NCBI GenBank assembly: GCA_009103225.1
Contig: RHPI01003642.1
Coordinates: 1,333,432-1,371,545, forward strand
Length of the DNA: 38,114 nt
Source of the DNA: Chlorokybus atmophyticus
Lineage: Eukaryota; Plantae; Mesostigma and Chlorokybus algae
Reading direction: 5' to 3'
The position numbers were made by a program, and so were the translations under genes. Under the pieces are notes generated by a model. The model made no database searches and was not told the origin of the DNA. It worked only from the letters and a program-made list of their open reading frames with translations. Shown here one piece after another: positions 10,814 through 24,313 of this stretch. Numbering within the stretch: position 1 is the stretch's first letter; every line of letters starts with the position of its first letter.

Positions 10814-12678
10814 TTGTTTGTTGGGCACTAGTAGTGCCAAAACAAATAAGCCCCAATCCGGGAATGCAATGCAATCCCCTCACAGCCAACTGCTACATGT
10901 CCTTGTACTTGGGCTTGGGCTTGTGTTGTCTTCCTCCATGTCCATGGCTGTGGTCGTGTCTTAGCAACGGTGACTCTGGCGGGGAGGGCGGCGGCCGGAA
11001 CACTGAGCATGCTGCTGTGCGCATTGTTGCCGTACTGCCCAATAGTTGATGATTAGGTAGGCCTTTTTGGAACAGTCGTCATTAAGCCAGAAGATTGGGC
11101 ATGGATACAACTTTATGGCAAGGGTGAGCCCTTGGGCAATCAGCATTGCACAACGCAATACGCAGAGACGCAAAGCAATATCCAACCTCGTTGCATGTGT
11201 ACTTCTGCGCAATAGGCCTACCGGTCCTAGTAAATACACGCATTTCAAGCAGCATTAGACATTTGTGTTTATATTCTCGTACCAAGTTTACACTTAAGTA
11301 TATTAGCCATGATTACGTTTATTAATGATTGAGAGGTTGTGCGTCATGAGGTCGTGTAATGTAACTTGTAACATGTAATATACAATCAATTCTTTATTCT
11401 GCAAATCTTATCATTGGAACGGTGGCACTGTCCAAACTTAACATTTGCAACGAAGTTTTCTTTATTTGCACTTGTATACCGAACTACGCGAGCTACATTA
11501 CGATTTGCATATGTGCCTTATCGAAAAGCAATCTTTTGAAGACTTTTCGCACTAATAAATGCATATATTACATCAATGCGTATCTGGTGGAGCCATTGTG
11601 TACTTTCAAATCTTAAAGATTACTATGACTCACCGAGTTGGGCCAATATCTTCCGGTAGCAAAAGTTGATACCGTGGGCCATTGACCATGGAGTAGTAAA
11701 TGCAACATGTGCAACTTCACTTCACGCGTCAGCTATTCGATAGTGAGCTATACCATACAATGGGCTATACCGTGGATTGGGCATATCTTCGTGCCCAAGA
11801 TTGTGCGGATTCCTACTTGTATGCTATTAATATTATTACTTGTTGAGTCTATCTTGAGTGCACTATTATAAACAAATTTTTGATATCGGCGCAAAGCGTT
11901 TTCGGGTTCATACCTTAACGGATGCTGCCACTCATGCAGAGCGAAATTACCATGGTTAGATTGCGCTCTGTGGAGCATGCAAATTGCAGATACACTATCA
12001 CGTCACTACATATCACAGCAGACGTATAAGTCAAATGTGTGAAATGCATCACACACATCATAATAATAACAACTGTTTATCATTTAACTAACCATGACAG
12101 CAACAGTAAGGCTCTCTCACCATCAAGCTAGAGGTCCAAAGCATGACCATGTCACATGGCGGCATGGCTGTGAATCAATGAGCGAGGTCACCCTATAATG
12201 GTGGTTCAACTTTGCTGCATGCCATGCAAAGCAACGACTGCTCGAAGTAAAAATACTTACTTAGTTTATTAAATATTACTGTGTGCCCATGTGTGAAACA
12301 ACAAGCAGAATGACAACCTTCAGCTGCTGTGCTTCACAACTATAGATCTAATACTTAATACTATTGGCAGCTTACATAATCAAATCTTCCTAAAAAAAGC
12401 ATTTACCACGTAAAGGTAAAAAATGTAAACGGCGGGACAAACTTTCCACTATGAGTTGTGAAGCTTAATGTAAGAAAATACAATGCATGCCTCATGTTCA
12501 TCTGCTATGACAATTCCATCTCCATCAAAACCTATCATAGCTGCTATGGTAGCACTGTACCATGTCGCATAGTACATCATTGTACCACCCTGAAAAGGCT
12601 TTTCAACGTAGTGCAATGCTATCTTGCATACTTTTATAAGTGATCAGCAGTTGAAGACAGAATTGCGCACGATGCGCA

Positions 12679-13080
12679 AGTATGTGCTGATGGAGCACAT
12701 ATGCAATGCAACCATGCAGTGAGACCTTTAAAATTTGATTGATTGATTTGATGTTCGCTCGTGGTGGGCCATCGTTCGCGACATGGGTTGAATTTTCCTG
12801 CACGACTATCCTTGCCTTCTGTTGCAACATATGAGGGGGCTCGGAAAACACATAGTATGATTATGATTGCTATTTTTTTGGTATGTATGTATATATATTA
12901 AGCGTCAGTATGTGCTGTCAGCCTGAGAGCACGTATTCAATGCAGCAATGCAGTGAGAGCTTTGAGCTTTGATTTCTTGATTTATCAATCTAACGCAGGC
13001 CCGTGATGGGCCATCGTTTACGACATGGGTTGAGTATTATATCAGCCTTGTCCTCTGTCGCAACATATGTGGGGCTTGGG
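12679..13080. repeat. Degenerate direct repeat, two ~170-bp copies (~12679-12845 and ~12907-13080)
   Basis: Shared blocks in the same order: AGTATGTGCTG, ATGCAGTGAGA, TGGGCCATCGTT, CGACATGGGTTGA, GCAACATATG. Confidence 0.8.
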
Positions 13081-13081
13081 N
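13081..13081. other. Assembly gap/ambiguity (N)
   Basis: Single n. The starch synthase exon starting at 13091 stops here and unrelated sequence follows. Confidence 0.9.
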
Positions 13082-13529
13082 TGGCGTATAGCTGCACACA
13101 TCACGGACGTTAGCCATGTTGCTAAATTCATGTTTGTTAATGCCAACAATGTCTCCTGCACCAGTATCAACCAGCTTGCCAATCGCCGCAACAAGCCTTC
13201 ATGCCAACGAACCCAGCTGCACTGACCTGATTGAGTCCGCATGGTTCAAATCGTGACGGCATGAGCAGAATGTCTGCGCCAGCTGTGATCCTGTGCGCCA
13301 TGTCCACATTGAACCCGACCCACCCGCGCGCCTTGTCTCGGTTGTGTGCTTCGGTAGATCGCAGCAGATCCTCCAGACCGGGGTCGCCCGACCCCAACAT
13401 CACCAATTGGACGTCCATTGACATCAGCCACGGCAGCGCACCAGCAATCAAGTCGGCACCCTTCTGGTACCCCCCCCCTCCCCCCCCCCCTTCTTTCTTA
13501 GGGCATAATTTTTATGTGTTTGCAGCCGC
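13082..13529 (-). pseudogene. Starch synthase (GT5, SSII-like) fragment: one interrupted exon plus the first 10 nt of the next exon
   Basis: 13469-13227 encodes [81 protein letters not shown], followed by a GT donor. The acceptor at 13093-13092 is followed by CTA TAC GCC A (LYA), which runs into the N. Upstream, cag|G CGG CTG (G-R-L) at 13529-13523 is separated from YQKG by a 53-nt A/G-rich tract. No earlier starch synthase exons were found. Confidence 0.8.
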
Positions 13530-14499
13530 CTGCAGGGCTTGAAACTATGTATATCAACGGGGTGGGCTGATGTCTGTGTAAACAGTACCACCGTAGGTAT
13601 ACATACATGTAGCTTCAACAACACACTGCGATGCAGTCATGGCACTTCAGTCGAGGATTACACACGTGCACGGATCTCGTCTGTCCCTCCCACTTACGCG
13701 CACACTGGCGTTGGGCCAGGCCAGCCGAACTAACGCAACAACAGCAGCAAAGTCATAGTCACAGTCATGCGCCGCTGGTAGGCCTGCGTTGCTGCTGCGC
13801 CATACCATGAGGCGGCGGTGGTGGAGTAGAAGGTGAAGGGTGCGCACAGACTACTACAACCAGGTGGTGTTGTGTGGTTGTAGTTGTGGTTGTGGGGGTG
13901 CTGTTGCTGTATTTTGGTGGTGATTGTGCTGGTGGTTGTCATGTCATGGTGGCAACAGCGCTTACTGCCAATCTTTGAAAAGCTGTGCATGCAGGCAGAC
14001 TCACACATGTGCTAGCCGCTTGCAATTGAGTTCGACCAACATGTTTCATCTAAACATTGGAACAACATGACGCTGATTTTGTTTTGATGTATAGAGTTGG
14101 CAAACTAGAACCTGAGCAAGCAAATATCAGCAACGCAGCAGGGGTTATAAAGTTCGACTGTGGCAATCCACTACTTTGTCACAGCCGATGCATGCTCCAA
14201 CTTGGCCTTTGCAAGCCAGCTGAACAGAAGTGCGATATCGTTTGTTGTTGTTGTTGCTGTCGTTGTCATTGCTAACTGCGTCGTGGTTCAGGTTCAGCAT
14301 GACTCACACAACCTGTTGTGGCAGGCGAGGTTGTTAAATCTGCCTGGAGGCAAGGCAAGACAGCGCTTGCAAGCAACCAATTAGCCAAGCAAAGAAGAGC
14401 AGTGTGTGTTGCACACAACGACCATTATACCTGCAGCAATCTTACCCCAAACACCACCACCACTGCCACCATCATCACGACAACAACAACAACATCAAC

Positions 14500-17400
14500 A
14501 TGGGGCCGGCGTGGCTGGCGGCGCTCGCCCTGCTGCTGCTGGCACTGGCGTGCATGGGGATGCTGTGGGCGGCGCTCCTGTACACCTCCCACAACACAGG
14601 GTGGGTGGGGTGGCTAGCACTCTGTCCATTTTTACTGTGCATATGTGTGCTGATATCACTGCTTGACACATGCATACAAACTTCTATGCCTACATACAAA
14701 AGAGGCAACACTGCCGATATCACGCGTTGCAGCAGACAGCAGTGTGTCGCACATACTCAGCTGTTTCTCTCTTCACCTTACAGCTATGCATTCTGTATGC
14801 ATACAGTATGCACTGCATGAACCTTGGCCTATTTACATGCATGCATGCAACATCACCTACTCTGCCAGACCAACATCATTCCCTTGTCTTCCAGAGCTGT
14901 CCCGGTTCCCCTGACCCCTCTTCAGGCCCTCTCTCGCCTCCGCACGTACCTGACCAAGTCCCTGCGTCGCCTGGCGGAGTGGGCCGGGGACGCCGTGGCC
15001 GTGGCCGTGCACTGCGTCGTCAGCGCGAGGGCAGTAGGGGACGTGCTGAGACCGCTGTGGCTAGCTATTGTGCATAGGGCAACGCACGCTGCGCTGCAGG
15101 AGGTGGGTGTGTGGGGCTTTGTGTATGTGTCTGTGTGCGCGCGCGTGTGGGCACCGGAAAAGGAAATGCCAACCATACATGCATAGCCCCCTCCAGCATT
15201 CTTGTTGAGATGCGCAGGGAGCTGCACACAAGGTGTGTTCACACGCGCACGTGCACGTGCGCACACACACACACACACACTCCTCCACACCACAGGTTGG
15301 CAAGATGGTGGAGGAGACTAAGGCCCGCCACGCCCGCCTCTCCGCGACCGGCGCCCTGCCTGTCTACAATGTCCTGGTCGTCGGGCGGCTACGCGCCGGG
15401 AAGAGCAGCTGCTGCAACGCAATGCTCGGGCTCCTGGATGGGTGAGGAGAAAAGAGGAAATAGCGTGTGTGTGCGGGTGCATGCGCGTGTGCGTGTCATG
15501 CGGTTCTTTTGGTGTTTGCATGGCCAGCATGCGGCCCCTTCCACTCCCTCTCCCTCTCCCTCTCCCTCTCCCTCATGTTCTCCTCCCATTCCCGCATGTA
15601 CGTGCTAAGTGTCACATGTCACACGCTCGCACATGCTCGTGTGCTCATACATGTGTTGCTTGCGCCGCAATCAGCTCTCCGAAGGTGGCCGAGACAGGCC
15701 CGCGCAGCCTGCCCAAGCCAACAACACGCTTCCCCGTTGTCTACAACTCCACGAACACGCGCTTCAGGTTTGTAGAGTCGAGTTCACATTCACACCCCAC
15801 AGCACACATGCAAGCGTGGACATGATGGTTCAACCTTCGGCATGCTTGAGAACCACAACTCAACAAGCTGCCTCGTTTATTGCACGGCAATGTTGCTACT
15901 GCGTGCGCAAAAAAACCTGTGGAGTTTACGCACGCAGCTTATGCGAACATGAACCTGTGGTCATTATCATCAAGCAGAAACATGCGCGTGCGTGCGTGTC
16001 AACACAACAGTGACTTGTGTACTCCTGTAGGATAATGGACACGCCGCCCATCAACGCCACTGAAGCCGACATGCGCCGGCTACAGCGTTGGGCTCAGGGC
16101 GTGCGCTCCGTCGCCACGGCCCCCAACGACATCGACAACCGTGACGGTCCCACCCGCATCATCATCGACGCCAACATGAACCTCGACACCGCCGACATGA
16201 ACGTGGACACTGTCGACGTCGATGTCGGCGTGGGCGGCGCGGACGCGCGCGTTGTGGTCTACGACTGCGCCGACAACCGCGCCGATGCCGTCGTCATTGT
16301 CGTCGATATGGAGAGCATCACGGTGGCGCGTGTCGGTGACGTGTATGTCGCGGAGATCAGGCGGCAGATCGACCTTCTACGCAGCACCAACAGAATAGGT
16401 GTGTGTGTGTGGTAACACATGCAACAGTGTGCAGACGTGTATTGGATGTGTCGGCATGCACACGAACTGGATGTCCATCTGCACGTGATTGCCCACACAC
16501 ATGGGTGCCCATGCAGCTGTACATTGGATTGCATGCTGAGTCTGTCTACTCTCAGCGCAGATTTGAATGCACGCTCTCAGTTATGCTCATGTGTGTGCGT
16601 GAGTTTGATGCGTCACACAATTACCCGGACATCCACCTGCAGGCGGGCCTTTGAGGGTCGTTTTGTTGGCCAACTACTCCCCGCGCGCCAACAGGGAAGA
16701 AAGAAAGTCGTTGCGCCATCGGCTCCTCTCCTCCCTGGACGTCGACACCGCGTTCGACGCCGTCCTGGAGCCCACGCGCGACCCGGCACCGCTGCCACCA
16801 TCCCTCGCGCTCGATGCCAGCACAATGGTGCAGATGCTGGAACTGCTCAATACCACGGCGGTGCGTATGTGTGCGTGCGCGTGCGCGTGCGCGTCCGCGT
16901 GCGTGTGCGTGTGTCTGTTACGGCACACATGCACGTGAGGCGGGGAAGGTGTCAAGATCTTGGTTTGTGTTATGTGTGTGTGTGTGTGTGTGGCTTGCAC
17001 ATCATGCAGTGATTGCCACTTGCTTGCCTGTTGCTTGCCTGCTTACACAGCTGCTTGCCAGCGCATGCGTGCCATACATCACTGCTTGTCATTGTACTTG
17101 CCAGTGCCTGTCACAGTTGGTCACTGTACGGCACGCCGGCGTTGTCGCAGGACCACAGTNGCGGCGCTGCTATGCACGCACACACATTCTGACATTGCAG
17201 GAGTTTTGTCTCCGTGATGTGGAGAGCGGCGTACGGGCTCAGTTTCTGCCTCCCAACCATGCTGCTGCCGGTCAACATGAGCACACGCATCACAAGCACT
17301 TGCACATAGCCGCAAGGCACGCTTCCTCCTCATCCTCTTCCTCCTCAAGCGAAGATGGAGGAGACACTTCAACAGACTCCCACAATCACAGGGCCTCCAC

Positions 17401-17665
17401 TGGTAAGCACACAATGCGCGTGGCTGATATGTATTATACCTACTCATATACACAAAATGACATATGCATGTGCATTTGCACATGCGCAGCTGCAATGGCT
17501 GCGGTTAAAGCAACGAAACATACGGCGAGCACAGTCAAGTCTGGCATCCGCAGCCTGCTCGCGTTCCGCGTGCTAAAAAAGTCGAAACCGTCGTCGCTGA
17601 TACCGGGCGTTCGTGGACACAAGAGTCACCACCATCATCGTCATGAACACTCTCATGGTGGATGA
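14500..17665 (+). CDS. Membrane-anchored P-loop GTPase-like protein (TRAFAC-like, degenerate G3/G4)
   Basis: Phase-consistent exons 14500-14600, 14895-15102, 15296-15441, 15675-15767, 16031-16398, 16643-16860, 17117-(N at 17160), 17201-17402, 17490-17665. N-terminal hydrophobic segment AWLAALALLLLALACMGMLWAALLY. Walker A YNVLVVGRLRAGKSSCCNAMLG, G3-like IMDTPP, strand ADAVVIVVD. Whether the exons after the N belong to this gene is uncertain. Confidence 0.75.
17160..17160. other. Assembly gap/ambiguity (N) inside the GTPase-like gene
   Basis: Single n. The exon beginning at 17117 has no visible donor before it. Confidence 0.85.
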
Positions 17666-19272
17666 GGAGGAACTATGCTCGCGTGATTGTCCATAATGTT
17701 TGTATATACTTGCGTGTGTACTAGATGTTTGTACTAGATGACACACATCTAGTACGCACAGCTAGGCGGCCCGTGCGTCATAGTTGGGTGTGCACGTCAT
17801 GCAGGATCACGCTCGTCACCCCTCGGCATAATGCTTGTGATGCACAACCGTTGCTTTGCGTTGGTAACTACACGACTGATCAGTGAAAATGCAGATTGTG
17901 TAGTGTTTGCAAGTTGATGAGGTAGACCAGCACAGCGCGCTAGACACACCGCATGTACATATGTATATAGATTGTAGTTAGTGAGAGTGCAAGTGGACGG
18001 ACTGCTAGCTGTACCATGGTGGTGAACAAGGCTTGAGTAAGACGTGGTGTGTGGAGCTGTCATTGCAACTGTGTACGTGAGTCTGAGTGTGATTCTTTCC
18101 ATCAATGTTCAGTGGAAGTGATAGCTGACAAACATAACGTCTTGGTTGTCAACATTAATAAGCGAGGACATAAGTTTACCTTGTCGAGAACCACACTAGG
18201 TGGCATAAACAACATGCCATGATACAGAGGGCCTCATTATCAGACCGCCTGCCTTCTCAAAAACGTTGTTGCAGGGCACTTATTGCAATATGGATGTGGC
18301 ACTCACATAGTTGATGTATTTGCCTGCAGCATGTAGCTTATGGGATAAGGTATGCTTGCAATATTCCGTGCATACATGCTTTTATGCGTATGTTGTTCGG
18401 TTGTGCACGTTGCACCGCATGGCATAAGCTATGACGCTGGCAAACGGACCATGGGGGTTGAAAAGGCATTGGCACGGTCGTGGTCATCGTTGTCCACCAC
18501 TCTGTGCACTGTCTGAACCTCTTCCCTTTTCTCCCTCCGCCCTTCTCCTGTGCTGCCCAGGTACCCGCTGGGCACTACTGTACCTGTCTCTCCTGACCAG
18601 CTTTGTCTTGGGTTGCTGCATTTGCACATAGACACACAGCCCCATAGCTTGGTGTGCAATAGGTTTGTGTGCGCCCTGTGCCTTGTGCTACTTGTTTTTG
18701 CTACTGCCATGTTGTGCTTGTAAACTTTTCACTCCTGTACCCTGTGCATGGGACAACACCTAGCGCAGTGAATGCATGAACTCCCTATTACTATCAATAT
18801 GCAAGCGTTGGCTGTCAGTGCTACACCATGCCTAACCACACACAACCTTAAACGCATCCACGTGAAACAGTCACCAACACTGCAATATCCGTAGAGGTTT
18901 ATTTTTCGAAATGTAACACATTGACTCAAGCCATGCACAACTGCGGCCAGACTAGCATATTGCACGAGACCATATCAGCAGCTCGGCTGTTGAGGTGATA
19001 CAGAATGGTGTTGTGTACTGCCTTGCTCGACTGGGTGAGTTGCTGCGACAAATACATGGCACCACCGTAGCTCAAGTTGCTGCATATAAGGATGCCATGC
19101 AGAAGAAGTGGATGACGATGCATAAGCTCAGCCAGTCACTCGGTCAGTCATATTGCGAGTGTATCATGCTACTGGCTTTGCATACATCAACCACGGAACA
19201 ATCCACCAACACCTGCTCACTCAGCGACATAGGCTTCAAACAATGGCTATACCTAGAGGCTAAAACCAAACC

Positions 19273-20984
19273 CTATGTTAATGCAGTGCCCTCTTGTTTG
19301 TTGAAATGCTGTTCGATAATGTTATACAGATCTGTGAACACGGCATCCCAGAAAACAGGGACATAGCAATAATGGGAGCAGTCGCAGCACTCCTGGCCCT
19401 CACCCTTGTTCCACAAGCAGTACTTTTCTTCATGCATGTCATAGCGGGGTGATGTCACCTCATAAAAGGGCAGCATGTGAAAGTTGTTGAGGTAAAATGC
19501 CACCTGGAAAAGCCACTGTCAAGCTTAATAGCTGCGACTGAGGCTAGTACATGGCCATACCTGACGTCGCAAGCATGTTCAAATACACGCACACAAGAAT
19601 AATAACGGCAAGTATGAGTGTACACACGCACAGACTTGCACGTACAGACACATGTCTCATCTTGCGTGTTCATGTCTGTGTATTTCCGTGTCCTGTACCT
19701 CATGGATGACGCGGTTCTGCTTCTGAACCAAGTTGGTGTGTGCCACTGCGTCATCCATGGGGAAGCACTGACACACGCCCAAGGCGCCAAAGTGCCGCGG
19801 GTCGGTTCTATTGAAGGCCCCCGTACCATAGAAATGCTGAGCACCCAGCTCGCGCATGAGACCGATCTTACCAGGCTGACTGCTGTACTCATGCAACATC
19901 TGCAACAACAGGTCGGTTCTGATGACATATTCGCTTGGTGAGTGGGGGCTAAATTGAATCGGTTGTACAATGTACCTTGCCCAGCATCGCGGTGTCTTCC
20001 ACAAAGGAGTCAAATTCTTCAGGTTTGTAATGCAGACCAAAGTTCACAATCAAGATGTCCACAAACTCCATGAAACCCTGGATGACTTCTGCATTGAGCT
20101 TGTCAAGACGTGAGAATAAAACCACACCGTCGTGCGGGATTGTTGTGTACGATGTCACCCAGCTGCCGGGGACCTGTGAGTGAACAAGTTAATACACATG
20201 TTGTGCACAACATGTCCTTGATTCACGCAACCCCCGCTTCCTCACCTTCTTTGCAACCTCAGAACCCTGGAGGAAGTACTGTTCTCGCCTTGCCGAGTCC
20301 TTAGACAAGTGGTTGGCACGTGAAAGACCGCAGATAGCGGCAGTGTACATTAGCCAATCGATGCTGTCGCCAAGAATCAGCAACACCCTGCAAGCAACAA
20401 ATGGTTTAGTTCCAGGACATGTGAGCTGACTGAGGCGATTTATGTGACGTACTTGTTGCCCATAATCTCGGCAATGTCACCCATTGTGCGCATTGACGGG
20501 GTGCGTGTGAGATACGGGTCCCATGTCGGCCAGTCCGAGTCCTGCTTCCAGTCTTTGCACCAGTCGTAAACATGGAATGGGAAGAAGTGGTTGTGCCGGA
20601 TGCACGAAGGATTGCGTTGACACTGCATGACATGGCCATGCACATGTCACAACACGGCACGTTGGCAGCAAACAACAAACACCATTACATTCTGAGTTCT
20701 TGGCAAGGGACAAGACAGACAGCATGCACACCTGAATGGTGGGTTTGCTGCCTTCGGGTACCGGCTCGCAGGGCGCATGAGGCGGCTCTGCAATGAGGCC
20801 AACCATCAATGAACCGAGCAGCAAACCAAGTCATGACGCCACCACTGACATCAAGAAGTACTATGTTTGGCAACACTTGCTTGCAAATGTGAAGTATACG
20901 CCACGTACCAGCTGAAGCTGCCACTGTTGCCAGCGCTGCCAGCAGCAGCAGTAGCAAGAAGCACGGCTCTGCCGTGCATGCCAT
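19273..20984 (-). CDS. TBL/PC-esterase-family (GDS...DxxH, SGNH-like) putative polysaccharide O-acetyltransferase, 357 aa, with signal peptide/anchor
   Basis: Seven phase-consistent GT-AG exons: 20984-20909, 20787-20732, 20622-20453, 20387-20246, 20173-19976, 19899-19699, 19503-19273. Motifs MGNKVLLILGDSIDW, DILIVNFGLHY, RELGAQHFYGTGAF, LPFYEVTSPRYDMH, CDCSHYCY. Confidence 0.88.
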
Positions 20985-21887
20985 CACGTCGCGCACGCTT
21001 TGTTAGCTTATAGTAGTGCCGTCAACTGTGGTATGAGCCCCACCGTGTAACGATCAAACAAGCGTCTTCACAACCACAGCCTGTAACGGCACGAGCGACA
21101 TTTGCGAAAATAATAAAAACCCCAGAGTATGCTTCCGTTTTCAACCGTGTGAGACTGCATGCACTGGTCAGTGCCAATGTTGCGACAACGAAATGCTTGA
21201 CAGTGACAAGGGGATGTGCGCTGACACTGAGAAGGAGGACAACCGGTAGCTGCTCGACAACACTGATTGCTTTCATGAGAAAGACCTTGGTTGAGTACTT
21301 CTACAACCACATTATGCTCCACAACAGGGTCGTTTGAGAGCTGGACTGCAAAAACGCAGACGCACATGCCTTCAACAAGGCAAGTAAAGCGCTTTCTCAC
21401 AATGTGAACAAGGTGCACTGTTCAATGACAGTATGCACGTACAGCCCAACACCAGCTTCAACTGCCGATACAGTCGTAGCCCTGACAATCAAACAAGCAA
21501 GACAGTAAAGGGCAAGACACACCGACAAAGACGTGTCACTATTCAGGCCAAGCAAAGTCAAGTCCTCACCAAGTCCTGCCCAGAGCCATGTCGACCCGCT
21601 CGCAAACGCATCCTGTCTGACTAACGAAGCTACAAGCACGACCTTGTACGCACCTTCTCTTCCTACAGCGCACAGACACCGCCTCACAGGCACCGCCGCC
21701 GCCAACACCACCACCGCCAACTCACCATCCAGCGTGATACTTGGTCGGTCAACTCATGTTCTCAGTCATCATACACACGTTAGCTACCGTGTCAATTAAT
21801 CGATGTTACGTTAGCTACTTGCAGACCGTCGCAATGCAGGCATAACGTTTGGGCTTGAGACTGGGAGTGAGCAGGTTGTTGAGCAGC

Positions 21888-24313
<2,426 letters not shown>

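Noticed and set aside
10079-10840. Long ORFs on both strands, including a kinase-like IADFNLS string
   Set aside because: The ORFs are driven by CA/TG low-complexity tracts, and no other kinase motifs (HRD, VAIK, APE) are present. A spliced gene cannot be excluded.
17800-19270. ORFs 18431-18631 and 18995-19366
   Set aside because: No motifs or supported splice chain; likely UTR or intergenic sequence between convergent genes.
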